Shown: positions 27,245 to 37,338 of the stretch, in pieces
How positions within the stretch are numbered: position 1 is the first letter of the stretch
Layout: each line of letters opens with the position of its first letter
From: an uncultured Eubacteriales bacterium
GTDB taxonomy: Bacteria > Bacillota > Clostridia > Christensenellales > CAG-138
Assembly: GCA_902761365.1 (NCBI GenBank)
Contig: CACWJZ010000012.1
Span: 2,078 to 66,077 of the forward strand
Direction of reading: 5' to 3'
DNA: 64,000 nucleotides
Notes under the pieces: model-generated
The model's input: the letters and a program-made list of their open reading frames with translations, nothing else
The model's database searches: none
What the model was told of the DNA's origin: nothing
Made by a program: the position numbers and the translations under genes

Positions 27245-27541
27245 TCATTTCACTTCCCCCGCTATCCCCTCCAGCAGTTCCCGCAGGAGGGGTTTGTTGT
27301 CCGTCTCCGTCACCAGCAGCATGGGCTTGGCCCCCGGATAGGGTTCCTCCCGGGGCGCGTCGGGAAGCAGGGCGCAGGCGGACTTCGTGGGCTTCACCAA
27401 CAGCCTGTCGTCGTAGACGCCGCCCACCAGCTTGCCCCGGCAGTAGATAAGGTACTCCCCCATCATGGGCCGATACCGCAGGCCCTCCACCTCCGACAGC
27501 TGCTCCAAAACATATTCCAAATATTCCTTGCTGGATGCCAT
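27245..27541 (-). CDS. TfoX N-terminal domain family protein
   Basis: MASSKEYLEYVLEQL, RPMMGEY, GGVYDDRLLVK and PYPGAK. Confidence 0.85.
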   Translation of the reverse strand: MASSKEYLEYVLEQLSEVEGLRYRPMMGEYLIYCRGKLVGGVYDDRLLVKPTKSACALLPDAPREEPYPGAKPMLLVTETDNKPLLRELLEGIAGEVK

Positions 27542-27542
27542 A

Positions 27543-28235
27543 TCATCTGCTCCTTTTCCGAAGGCGTTTCAAATTCGCCTTCCGTTCGTCCGTGATCCGA
27601 TAGCTCTCCACCGCCTTTTGGATGGCCTTGTTGTGGGTCCAGGGGTCCAGGGCGCCGCCCTCCAGATAGGACACCGCGGCCTCATACTGCTTGGCGAGGG
27701 CCGTGGCGAAGTACCAGGCCCGCATCATGTTCACGTAGTACTCCTCCGAGCGAAGGTCCGCCACCCAGGAAAGATAGGCAGGATCGAAGTCCTCCTCCAG
27801 GTAGTGCTGCATCAGCATCCCCACCCCGAAGCGTACGGGGTAGGTCGCCCCGGAGGCCATCCACCTTTGGATGCTGGGCAGCAGCTCTCGCCGATGCTTT
27901 TTGAAGCATTTGGGGGAGAGCTGGTCCGAGGTGGCCCAGTTGTCCACGTAGGGCAAAAACCGCTCCACCTCCATAAGGCACCGGTCGAAATCCTTCATTT
28001 CGGAGAGGATGAAGGCGTGCAGCTGATCCTCGTCGAAGTACCGGTGGGGCAGGGCGTGCAGAAACGCCTCCCCGTCGGGCCTCTTCCCCACCTCCTTGGC
28101 CAGCGCGCGCAGGGCCGGGGTCCGCACGCCGATCATGCGCTCCGGAGCCACGGTGGGGATGATCTTTGCCTGAAGGGTTCGATAGCCCTCGTCCCGAAGT
28201 TGAAAAAGCGATCGTTCGATGTCTTCCATACTCAT
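27543..28235 (-). CDS. DNA alkylation repair protein (AlkD-like HEAT-repeat)
   Basis: IGVRTPALR, VDNWATSD, EEYYVNMMRAW and KAIQKAVES motifs. Confidence 0.87.
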   Translation of the reverse strand: MSMEDIERSLFQLRDEGYRTLQAKIIPTVAPERMIGVRTPALRALAKEVGKRPDGEAFLHALPHRYFDEDQLHAFILSEMKDFDRCLMEVERFLPYVDNWATSDQLSPKCFKKHRRELLPSIQRWMASGATYPVRFGVGMLMQHYLEEDFDPAYLSWVADLRSEEYYVNMMRAWYFATALAKQYEAAVSYLEGGALDPWTHNKAIQKAVESYRITDERKANLKRLRKRSR

Positions 28236-28236
28236 G

Positions 28237-28869
28237 TCATGCCCTCCGGATGGGATGCCGGATCACGGTCTTCAGCTTGGCAGGGTCCCCCCGGCGGGGG
28301 TCGCTGAGGTAGATCTCATGGTGAAGGCGAACATCGGAAAAGTCCGGCGCATACCCCTGCTCCGCGCAGAAGCGGTGCATCCGCGCCACAGTGACGGGCT
28401 CCAGATCGTAGGGCCCTATATGCATGCACTGGACGCACAGGCCCTCGTCCACGGTCAGCAGCTCCACGGGGCTGAAGTCCAGCTTCTTCTTTTGGGTGGC
28501 CGTGTCCACCGCCCAGCGGAAGTCCTGCTCCCCTACGAAGTCGGGGAGCCGGATCACACTGATCCATCGAAAGTCCCCCTTGCGGGCATAGTCCACGCCC
28601 TGCACGCCCTCCTGGAACCAGAACCCTTCGAGGGGCGGCACGGCGTACTCGAAGTAACCGTCGATCCTGTGCCCCGTCTTGTAGCTCATTTTCAGGGTGT
28701 ACGCCACCCCGTACAGCAGGTTCAGGGCGTGCTGATATGCCCCTTCGGACTCGTTGGGGTCCCCCGCCCCGCGCACGGCGATGAACCGCATGGGCGGGAC
28801 CGTCACGATGGACGGGACCGTCTTGGGCTGATATAGGTCCTTGTACTCCTTTTTGAAATCGAACGCCAT
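28237..28869 (-). CDS. GyrI-like small-molecule binding domain protein
   Basis: FDFKKEYKDLY, GAGDPN, PPLEGFW, EGLCVQCMHIGPYD and HHEIYLSDPRR. Confidence 0.88.
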   Translation of the reverse strand: MAFDFKKEYKDLYQPKTVPSIVTVPPMRFIAVRGAGDPNESEGAYQHALNLLYGVAYTLKMSYKTGHRIDGYFEYAVPPLEGFWFQEGVQGVDYARKGDFRWISVIRLPDFVGEQDFRWAVDTATQKKKLDFSPVELLTVDEGLCVQCMHIGPYDLEPVTVARMHRFCAEQGYAPDFSDVRLHHEIYLSDPRRGDPAKLKTVIRHPIRRA

Positions 28870-28882
28870 GCACGCCTCCTAT

Positions 28883-28917
28883 AAAAAGGGCGTCGGGAAG
28901 CTGCTCCCCGACGCCTT
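28883..28917 (-). terminator. Intrinsic terminator after the NlpC/P60 gene
   Basis: GGCGTCGGG/CCCGACGCC stem followed by CTTTTT on the minus strand. Confidence 0.7.
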
Positions 28918-28928
28918 GAGTTGTTCCG

Positions 28929-31028
28929 TTATTTGTAGATCCGATAGGCCATCAAAAAGTGCTGCTTCCAATAGCTGCCGGAGAGGACGGAGTTGGTGAT
29001 GCGCACCTGGCCCGCACCGGAGCTGGCGTCGATCATCCTACCGCCGCCCAGATAGATGCCCACGTGGCCCGTGGCCATGGAGTTGCCCTTGAACACCAGG
29101 ATGTCGCCCCGCTGGATCTGGCTCATGCTGTTGATCCGAGGGAAGCGGCTGGTGCTCCGCCATCCGATGCTGGTCATATAACCGCCGCTGAAACCTGCCT
29201 GCTTCATGCACCAGTAGACGAAGCCGGAGCAGTCGAACTTGTTGGGGCCCTTGGCGCCGCCCACATAGGGGCAGCCCAGCTTGCTTTGCGCGATGGCGAT
29301 CAACTTCTCCACGCCCCTCTTGGCGGGATTCACCGTGGCGGTCGGCTTGGTGGTGGGCTTGTTGGTGGCCTTCTTCGTGGCCTTGGGCGTGGTTTTTGGG
29401 GTCTTGCCCGGCTTCTCCGTGGTTTTCTTCGTGGCCTTGGGCGTGGCCTTGCCCGGCTTCTGGGTGGTCTTCTTGGTAGCCTTAGGGGTCGCCTTGGGCT
29501 TGCTGGTAGTCCTGGAGGATTCCTTTTCTTCCTTCGCCGGGGCCTTGGCCTTCCTGGCGTCCTTGCTGTTCAGCTTCTCCAGGGTCTTGGCGCCCACGGT
29601 GCCGTCGTCGTCCAGGCCGTTGCGCTTCTGAAACTCCTCCACGGCCTCCTCGGTGGAATCGCCATAATAGCCGTCCACCTGGGAATTGCTGGTGAGATAC
29701 CCCAGGGACTTCAGCTTCTTCTGGACCGCCTTCACGTCCGACCCCTTCATGCCCAGGGACAGGGTGTAGGCCTTGGCGTTCCTGTCGTCCATAGCACTCA
29801 TGGTGGTGGGACCGAGGCACCCGTCGGGGGTCAGGTCGTTATTGTCTTGGAACTTGCGGATGGCGTTGATGGTGGCCTCGTCCATCTTGCCCTTGACCTT
29901 GTAGTTGTTGGCCAGATATCCCAGCTTCTTGAGCCGCTCCTGATAGGTGGCGATGGTGGCGTCCGTATCGCCCTTCTTGAAGAAGTTGCCCACCACCTCG
30001 TCGGCATAGAGGATCTCCAATGTCTCATGGCCCACCATACCGTCGCTGGCAAGGCCGTTGGCCTTCTGGAAGTCGGCCACGGCATCGGTGGTCTTCTCGC
30101 CATAGGTACCGGTGATAAAGTTCTTGCCCAGGTACCCGAGCTCGTAGAGGCGGGTCTGGACGCCCTCCACGTCGTCACCCTCGTCCCCGTCCTGCATGAC
30201 GCAGGCCTCCACGCCTTCGTTCATGAGCAGGAACCAGGTGCCCTCGCCCAATTCGCCGGTGCCCTGGATGTCGTTATGCTTCTGGAAGCGGATGAGGGCC
30301 GCCTCGGTGATGCTGCCGAAGTGCTCTGTGGGCTCGTCGCTGTCCATGTAGCCCAGCTCCATGAGCCGGGTCTGAACGATGGCCACGGTGGGGGAATCGT
30401 CCCCCTTCTTCAATATCTTGTTCTGCAGGGGCTCCGGGACGGGCGTGGGCGAGGCGGGCGCCTTGGGCGCCTCCGTCTCGGTGAGCACGGGCAGGGTGTT
30501 GTCCAAGTCCCGGGCAGCCTCCGCGTTCCGCATGGCCGTGCGGGACACGTGGGCGCTGACCATCAAAGCGATGAGCAGCAGCACCAGCGAGACGCTGACC
30601 GCACCGATGCCGATTTGCATGGCCTTGTTGAGGCTCTTGAAGCGGGTGGCCAGATATCCGGCCCCCGCCTTGACCTTGTCTCCCAGGAAGATGAGGCCCG
30701 GCTTCATCCACTGCCACAGCTTGTGGAACAACGGTCTCACCACCTTCCACACGGCCCGGGCGGCTGCCGCCACGGCGTGAGCGATCTTTTTGCAGACGGG
30801 GCTGATCACCGTCCAAATCTTCAGGAAGAAGGCGGCCACAGCATCGAAAGCAAACCGAACGCTCCGGCAAAAGGCGTTCCGACCTTGAATGAACCGGGCC
30901 CGGGCGGGCTCGGTCCTCTGGTACATCGTGCGCAGGAAGCGGCGCAAGCCATCCAGGGGCTGTTTTTGTTCGCCCTCGGGGTTGCCTTCCGGCTCAATGA
31001 TGGGATTTTCCTTGGTTTCCTGGTCCAT
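28929..31028 (-). CDS. Membrane-anchored peptidoglycan endopeptidase with four PG-binding domains and a C-terminal NlpC/P60 (C40) domain
   Basis: Repeated GD...V..Q.RL..LGY...G.YG..T..A...FQ..N.L..DG units; LGCPYVGG, FDCSGFVYW and GHVGIYLG motifs; TM near aa 140. Confidence 0.92.
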   Translation of the reverse strand: MDQETKENPIIEPEGNPEGEQKQPLDGLRRFLRTMYQRTEPARARFIQGRNAFCRSVRFAFDAVAAFFLKIWTVISPVCKKIAHAVAAAARAVWKVVRPLFHKLWQWMKPGLIFLGDKVKAGAGYLATRFKSLNKAMQIGIGAVSVSLVLLLIALMVSAHVSRTAMRNAEAARDLDNTLPVLTETEAPKAPASPTPVPEPLQNKILKKGDDSPTVAIVQTRLMELGYMDSDEPTEHFGSITEAALIRFQKHNDIQGTGELGEGTWFLLMNEGVEACVMQDGDEGDDVEGVQTRLYELGYLGKNFITGTYGEKTTDAVADFQKANGLASDGMVGHETLEILYADEVVGNFFKKGDTDATIATYQERLKKLGYLANNYKVKGKMDEATINAIRKFQDNNDLTPDGCLGPTTMSAMDDRNAKAYTLSLGMKGSDVKAVQKKLKSLGYLTSNSQVDGYYGDSTEEAVEEFQKRNGLDDDGTVGAKTLEKLNSKDARKAKAPAKEEKESSRTTSKPKATPKATKKTTQKPGKATPKATKKTTEKPGKTPKTTPKATKKATNKPTTKPTATVNPAKRGVEKLIAIAQSKLGCPYVGGAKGPNKFDCSGFVYWCMKQAGFSGGYMTSIGWRSTSRFPRINSMSQIQRGDILVFKGNSMATGHVGIYLGGGRMIDASSGAGQVRITNSVLSGSYWKQHFLMAYRIYK
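29335..29505 (-). repeat. Lys/Thr/Pro-rich linker repeats within the NlpC/P60 gene
   Basis: KPKATPKATKKTTQKPGKATPKATKKTTEKPGKTPKTTPKATKK, imperfect tandem units of about 45 nt. Confidence 0.7.
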
Positions 31029-31264
31029 TCCGCATATACCTCTATGGATACCCATTTTTTGATACACCAATTTTACCTGAGCCGACCGTTTTTTTCAACC
31101 GTCAACCGGCTCCAAGGTGCGAAAAAAACGTGTCTTATCTGTAAACTCTATGCCTCTTCCGGAGGCGAATTGGGACATTTTGGTAGAAAACTGGGGAAAT
31201 AATTGAATTTTTGGGGGATGATGGTATACTCATGTATATCTCTTTCCCGCAGGAGGAACAGCCT

Positions 31265-31957
31265 ATGGAGGAAGCCAGAAAAACCGACGCGAAAAAGAAG
31301 CTGCGCTCCGCTGCCGTCAAGGCTGCGGGGACGGTGACCGCCGCCGGTATGCTCCTCAACGCCACGGTGGAGCCGGAGGAGCTGCTGACCCGCCCGGAGC
31401 AGAAGGCCCAAAGCGCTGACCACGCCCACATCCAATTCGCCAGCGCTCCCGTCTACACCGTGAAGGGCACCCGCCTCGAGGCGGTCCCCGCCCCCACCCG
31501 GGCGGACCTGCTGCGGGAGAAGGTCATGGCCCTGCCCGCCCCGGTGAAGGGGCTCCTGCTGCTGCCTCTCTGGACCGTCGGCGCCATCGCCAACTACGCC
31601 CTGTCCCTGCTGCTGAACCTCTTTGCCACGGTCTTCGGCGGGTCCATCCTCACGTTCCTGTTCCAGTTCGCCCTGCTCTTCGGCCTATTCGCCCTGGCCC
31701 TTAGATGGCTGTTCCCCCATAAAAAGCTCCGAGACCTGCTGACGCGGAAGAACCTGCTGTGGATGGCGGTCGCCGCCCTCATTCTCACCACGGCGGACAT
31801 GCTCCTCAAGACCTGGTACGAGCCCTACGCCAAGATCCGGAGCCTCATCCTCCTTGTCCTGGCCCTCGTCCTGCTGTCCCTCCTAGCCTGGCGCATTCTC
31901 TACAAGCGGAAGAAGCCGGACCCCGTGCCCCAGGAAGCCACCTACGAGATCATCTGA
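31265..31957 (+). CDS. Hypothetical membrane protein
   Basis: AGGAGG RBS before ATG 31265; four C-terminal hydrophobic helices. Confidence 0.75.
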   Translation: MEEARKTDAKKKLRSAAVKAAGTVTAAGMLLNATVEPEELLTRPEQKAQSADHAHIQFASAPVYTVKGTRLEAVPAPTRADLLREKVMALPAPVKGLLLLPLWTVGAIANYALSLLLNLFATVFGGSILTFLFQFALLFGLFALALRWLFPHKKLRDLLTRKNLLWMAVAALILTTADMLLKTWYEPYAKIRSLILLVLALVLLSLLAWRILYKRKKPDPVPQEATYEII

Positions 31958-31960
31958 CCC

Positions 31961-32830
31961 ATGAAGGACGCTACGCTGCTGAACATCGCCAAACGCATCC
32001 AGCCCCTGCTCTCCCCCGCCTCCGTGACGCGGATGCCCTGGGAGGAGGGGAACGGATACTATTCGGCCTGGAAGATCACGGACGGGCAGGGGACGTACCT
32101 GTTGAAGGCCGCCTCCCCCAACGAGCTTGCCATCTACCGCCGTTTGAACAACCTGAGCGACGCCCTGCCTCGATTCTACGGAACAGCTACTTATTATAAG
32201 AAAGACTATATCTTGCTGGAATTCATCGCGGGGCACAACCTGATGCGCTGCACACGGCAGGATCTGGTGCGGGTGCTGGACGCCATGATCGCCTTGCAGG
32301 ATGCCTATTGGGGCACCTCCAAAGAGATCGGCGAAAGCGCAGCCGCCGTCCTGCAGAGCTGTCAAAAGCGGTTGGCCTTCCTCCCGGAGATCGATTGGCA
32401 GGCCGTCTTCGATCAGTTCCTGGACGCCTACCTCACCCTGCCGCGGACCCTCTGTCACAACGATCTGCTGCCCTTCAACGTTATCGTCAGCGACGCCCGG
32501 ACGGTGTTCATCGACTGGGAGACCGGGGGCATCCTCCCCTACCCCTGTATGCTGGTCCGGCTTCTTGCCCACGGCAGCGAGCAGGGAGAGACGCCCTTCT
32601 ATATAACCAAGGCGGACAAAGCCTTTGCTATCCAGTACTATTACTCCCATCTGATTCAAGGCAAAGGCATCTCCCGCGCGGCGTATCGCCAGGCCCTGGA
32701 GCTCTTCTGGTTCTTCGAGCTGACGGAATGGATCTATGTGTACCGCAAATACCGCCGACCGCCGGACGCCTTGTACGATCACTATCTTCACCAGCTCCAG
32801 GCAGGCCTGCCAACGCGCTCCTTTTTCTAA
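31961..32830 (+). CDS. Aminoglycoside phosphotransferase/choline kinase-like (APH fold) protein
   Basis: YLLK, LLEFIAG, LCHNDLLPFNVIV (HxDxxxxN) and FIDWE motifs. Confidence 0.85.
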   Translation: MKDATLLNIAKRIQPLLSPASVTRMPWEEGNGYYSAWKITDGQGTYLLKAASPNELAIYRRLNNLSDALPRFYGTATYYKKDYILLEFIAGHNLMRCTRQDLVRVLDAMIALQDAYWGTSKEIGESAAAVLQSCQKRLAFLPEIDWQAVFDQFLDAYLTLPRTLCHNDLLPFNVIVSDARTVFIDWETGGILPYPCMLVRLLAHGSEQGETPFYITKADKAFAIQYYYSHLIQGKGISRAAYRQALELFWFFELTEWIYVYRKYRRPPDALYDHYLHQLQAGLPTRSFF

Positions 32831-32840
32831 ACAAAAACCA

Positions 32841-32868
32841 ACGAGCCGCCGGATGTCCGGCGGCTCGT
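32841..32868. terminator. Terminator hairpin between convergent genes
   Basis: ACGAGCCGCCGGA-TG-TCCGGCGGCTCGT perfect stem with a T-rich tail on the minus strand. Confidence 0.75.
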
Positions 32869-32885
32869 GTCGATTCTATGCGTGT

Positions 32886-35764
32886 TTATTTCTGCCGCAG
32901 GGTGGCGGGCTTGGAGTAGACCTGGCCGTCGGCGTTCTTCGCCAGGCAGCGGAACTGCCAGCCGATGTTGCCCTCTGTGGCGACCACGGTCAGGTTGGCG
33001 GAGGTTTCGCCTTCCATCAGGACCCACTCGCCGGCCTCGGAGGTGCGGTAATACCACTGGTAGGTCACGTTCTTGCCGCTGGCCTTCACCTTGAACTTGG
33101 CCTTGGCCCCGATCTTCACCTTCGCGTCCTTAGGCTGGGTCTTGATGGTGGGGGCTTCCGGCGTCACCGTCAGGGTGACGGTCACGGAAGTAGCGTCGCC
33201 GTCGGCGTTCTTCAGGTAGCAGTAGTACTGGCTGCCGTTGTTGGCCTTGGATGCCACCACGTTCAGATCCTTCTTGTTTCCGCCTGCAACCGGCTGCCAC
33301 TCGCTCTCCGCGTTGGCGCGGGTGAACCACTGATACGTGATGTTCTTCCCGGACGCCTTTTTACGCTGAACTTGACCTTCTTCCCACTCTTGGCCGTCAG
33401 GTTCTTGGGCTGGGTCTTGATCACCGGCTTCTGGGTCTTCACCGTCAGCGTAGCCGGGTTCGAGAAGGCTTCTGTCTCGTTGGTCACGCCGCAACGGAAC
33501 TGCCAGCCGTCATTCGCTTTGGAGGCCGCGACCTGGTAGCTCGCCTTGGTGGCCCCGGGGATCTTGGTCCATTCCTTGGCGCCGGGCGCGCGGTAGTACC
33601 ACTGGTACGTCACGTGCTTCTCCTTCACCTTCACCTTGAAGGTGGCCTTGGACCCGCTCTTCACCGTGACGCTCTTGGGCTGGGTCTTGAAGGTCACGTG
33701 GATTGGGAGCTTATCGGTCGTCTTGTGCACCCGGCTCAGTTCCGCGCCGCAGCGAGTGCAATAGACCACTTCGTCGTAGCTGCCCACGTTCTCGGTGGTG
33801 GCTGGCACCTCGTTCTCCTTTACCGGCTCGCCGGGGGTATGGTGTTTGACCTCGACTTTGTGGGTACGGCTCAGCTCCGCTTTGCAGCGAGTGCAGTACA
33901 CCACTTCGTCATAGCCGCCGTCTGTGGTGCAGGTAGCCTCCACCACGTTCTCCTTGACCGGCTCGCCGGGGTTGTGGCCCAGGGCCGGAACGGTCACATG
34001 GGTCCGGCTCAGCTCCGCTTTGCAGCGGATGCAGTAGACCACTTCGTCATAGCTGCCGTCCGTGGTGCAGGTGGCCGTCACTTCGTTTTCCTTCACCGGT
34101 TCGCCAGGATTGTGGCCCAGGGCCGGAACGGTCACATGGGTACGGCTCAGCTCCATGCCGCAGTCGGTGCAGTAGACCACCTCGTCATAGCTGCCGTCTG
34201 TGGTGCAGGTGGCCTCCACCACGTTCTCCCGCACGGGCTCGCCGGGAACATGCTCTCTCACATACAGGGTGGCTGTATCGGTAGCGATCTCGCTGTCAGC
34301 GTTCTTCAGCAGGCAACGGTACTGCCAGCCGTCCATATCTGCGGAGGCGACCAGGGTAAGGGTGTTTGCGGTGGCGCCCTTGACCGCCGTCCAGCTTCCT
34401 GCCGCGGAGGTCCTGCTGTACCACTGATAGGTAACGGCATCGCCCGTGGCTTCCACTGTAAAGGTGGCTTCGGCCCCTTCGACCACCGTCACATCCTTGG
34501 GCTGGGTCATGATCGCGATGGAACAAGCCCCGGGTTCGTAATCCCGGCTGCTGAGGGTCAGCTTCTCCTCGCCGTAGAGCCGTTTGGTCTCCTCGCTGTA
34601 GGAGCGCGAGCTGCCGTAGAACGAATACGTGGGATAGGTACCGTCAGCACCAATAAGGAAAAACGCCTCGTTCCCCGACGAACCGTCGCTCCAGGTCACG
34701 TCCATGAGATACCGCTTCCCGTCCTCCATGCGGACCACGTTCCACATATGGCCGCCGCCGGCGTCGCCGGAGACGATGATGCTGTGGATGGTGTCGCTGG
34801 TGAAGCTGGTCATGTCGCACAGGTGCTGGAAGGCCTTGGAATACCCCTCACAGACGATGTTAGTGTTGGGGTCCCCGTCGAAGGCCCAGATGAGCTGCCA
34901 GGGATCGCCGTGATCGATGGAACCGGTACTACCGAGTTCGTCTACAGCGTCATAATCGTACTCCACCGCGTCGCAGATCTCCTTGTTGTACCCGCGCAGC
35001 TTCTCGTAATCGGATTTGCTGGCATATTTCTTGACGATGGCCCGGGCGTTGTTCCCGGCGGTGACCACTGTCTGGCCGATGGTCGTATTCACCGAAAATT
35101 GATCATCTCCATCCCGATACGCCTTGTCCACACAAAGGCCGAAATATATCCCGCTGAACTCGACCCACGCACCGCCGTCGCCCAAAGTGCCTATGGCGTT
35201 GTAAGAGAAACCACCATTTACTTCAACTCCTCTAGTCACCTTGTGCCAATAGAGATCATAGGGACAGTCCGCCTTCAAAGCGATATAGAGCATCCTAAAG
35301 AACGAGTTCCTAGCAGAACTGAAGCTAGGGATGCTGTCCATGCCCAGTTCCGCCGCCGTCATGCGGGCAGGCTCGCCCGTTCCCACATCGCTGAGGTAGA
35401 TTTCGAATTCCGTAGAAGCCCGCTGGCCGATGGCGACCTGATGGATGCCCGCAAGAATGGCTTCATACGCGACCGCCATCTGTCCTTTGAATGCTTCCCC
35501 GGCGCCGGAGACCTTCGCATCCTCTTTAGGCGCGCGCTTGCCCATCTGCCGTTTGACGAAGCCCTCAAAGCGATCTGCGGAACTCTTCTCGCCGTCGGGT
35601 ACGGCCATCTGATACGTCTCCGACCTGAGATGAGTCCCCGTCGGCTCCTGAGTGGCGGCGGGCTCATTCTCCGGCTGGGATTCTCCCTCTGCCAGGACCG
35701 TGACCGGCAGCAGTGAGATCAGCAGAAGGCTGACCAACAGCAGAGATAGTACTCGTTTCTTCAT
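32886..35764 (-). pseudogene. Secreted transglutaminase-like surface protein with Cys/His repeats and Ig-like domains, frameshifted near 33360
   Basis: Signal peptide; IVCEGYSKAF, GHMWNVV and MDVTW triad motifs; Ig modules (TQPK...YQWY...QFRC). The frame breaks at GTAAAAAGGCG (T run 33358-33362 on the plus strand), and the Ig repeats continue in another frame to the stop at 32886. Could be a sequencing error. Confidence 0.75.
33710..34252 (-). repeat. Four tandem Cys/His repeats of about 46 aa (about 138 nt)
   Basis: H.PGEPV.EN.V.ATCTTDGSYDEVVYC..C..ELSRTH.TVPALG x4, nearly identical at DNA level. Confidence 0.9.
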
Positions 35765-35823
35765 TACAATAATACTCCTTCCTTACTTTATAAAGATTTA
35801 TGCAAAAACAAGGATCATTGCCC

Positions 35824-37174
35824 CTATCGTTTGTTGGACTGCCGCCAGATGTTCTGCTTCTCCGCGGCGGCGATGAGCTCCTCCCGGTAGGCCGGGTGCG
35901 CAAGATCCACCAGCATGGCCGCCCGCTCCCAGGTGGTCCGGCCCACCAGGTTGCGGACGCCGTACTCCGTGACCACGTAGTAGGCTTCGCTCCGGGGGGT
36001 GGTGACGATGTCGCCGCCGAAGTGGGGGACGATGCGGGAGTGCATCTGGCCCTTCTTGTCCGTAAAGGTGGAGGTGAGGCAGATGAAGGCCTTGCCGCCC
36101 TTGCTCTTCGCGGCGCCGGTCATGAAGTCCAGCTGGCCGCCGGTGCCGGAGATATGCCGGGTGCCGGAGCTCTCCGAGGACACCTGGCCGTAGAGGTCCA
36201 CGCTGATGCAGTTGTTGATGGCCACCATGTTGTCGATGGCGCCGATGAGCTCCGGCGCCGATGAGCTCCGGGGAGTTCACGTATTCGAGGGGGCACACGG
36301 ACAGGCCCGGGTTGTGATCCAGCCACGCATAGAGCTTCTTCGTGCCAAAGGCCATGCCGAACATGCCCTTGTTCCGGTGCATGTTGTTCCGGGCGTTGGT
36401 CAGCTTCCCGGCGGCATACAGGTCGTAGTAGGCGTCGGAGCAGAGCTCAGTGTGCATGCTTAGGTCTTTTAGATCGGAGTTGGCGATCATATTGCCCACG
36501 GAGTTGGGCATGGACCCGATGCCCAGCTGCAGGCAGGCCCCGTCCTGGATGTAGGGCACGATGCTGGCCGCGATCTTCTTATCGAGCTCGCTGGGCTCGG
36601 CGATGGGCAGCTCGAAGAGGGGCTCATGCTCCCCTTCCACCACGTAGTCCACCTGGGAGATGTGGACCACCTCGTCGAAGCCCCCGCAGAGCCAGGGCAG
36701 ATGCTCGTTCACCTCCACGATGACGATGTCCGCCTTGTCGATGATGCCCTTGCTGACGCCGGTGGAGCAGCTCAGGTTGAAATAGCCGTGCTTGTCCATG
36801 GGCGTGACGCTGACCATGGCCACGTTGACGGTGAGGAAATGGGTGTAGTAGGGCACCACGTTTCGGAAGACCATGGGGATGAAGTTGCACAGGCCCCTAT
36901 CGCAGAGGCTCCGCTCGTAGCCCGAGCAGTGCCAGGAGTTGTAGATGAAGTGCTCCCGGGTGGGGTCGTTCTCCACGGTCTCCAGCCGGTTGAAGATCAG
37001 GTTACCCCGGATCTTCACGTCGAAGAGCTCGTCCCGGCGACAGCTGAGGGCCCGATCCAGCAGGATGGGAAAGCCCAGCTGGGAGGTGTAGTCGATCCAG
37101 TCGCCGCTTTTCACACATTGAACGGCTTGCTCCGGGGTCCGGAGCTTGCTTCTGTACTCACTGTAAAAGTCCAT
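35824..37174 (-). pseudogene. but: Butyryl-CoA:acetate CoA-transferase family gene interrupted by a 16-bp tandem duplication
   Basis: MDFYSEY..KL...VKSGDWIDY, NSWHCSG.ER, PMDKHGYFN, LQLGIG.MPN, HTE, then (second frame) DLYGQVSSES, ISGTGGQLDF, VVTEYG, AHP..R and IWRQSNKR. GGCGCCGATGAGCTCC occurs twice (36238-36253, 36254-36269); removing one copy restores SPELIGAIDNMVAINN. Confidence 0.85.
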
Positions 37175-37193
37175 GGGGCACTCCTTCTTTATT

Positions 37194-37338
37194 CAGCCTG
37201 TCGAAAAACCATGTTTTTCAACAGGCTGGTATTTCGCCTGCGGGCGGGTTTTGCAGCTCTTGCCTATAAACCAAAGGTTTACCGGGCGGCAAGAGCTGTA
37301 AGGTGTCAAATTCACCGCACATGTCGCTGAATTTGACA
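37194..37338 (-). other. Multi-hairpin structured region in the roughly 220-nt leader of the CoA-transferase gene
   Basis: Hairpins CAGCCTGTCGAAAAA/TTTTTCAACAGGCTG, TTGCAGCTCTTGCC/GGCAAGAGCTGTAA and TGTCAAATTCA/TGAATTTGACA. Confidence 0.5.

Noticed and set aside
31961-32830. Bona fide aminoglycoside resistance gene
   Set aside because: Only generic APH/choline-kinase fold motifs are visible, with no mobile context; the substrate is unknown.
33355-33365. Programmed -1 ribosomal frameshift
   Set aside because: The in-frame codons read GTA AAA AGG, which is not a canonical X XXY YYZ slippery heptamer; a mutation or sequencing error is more likely.
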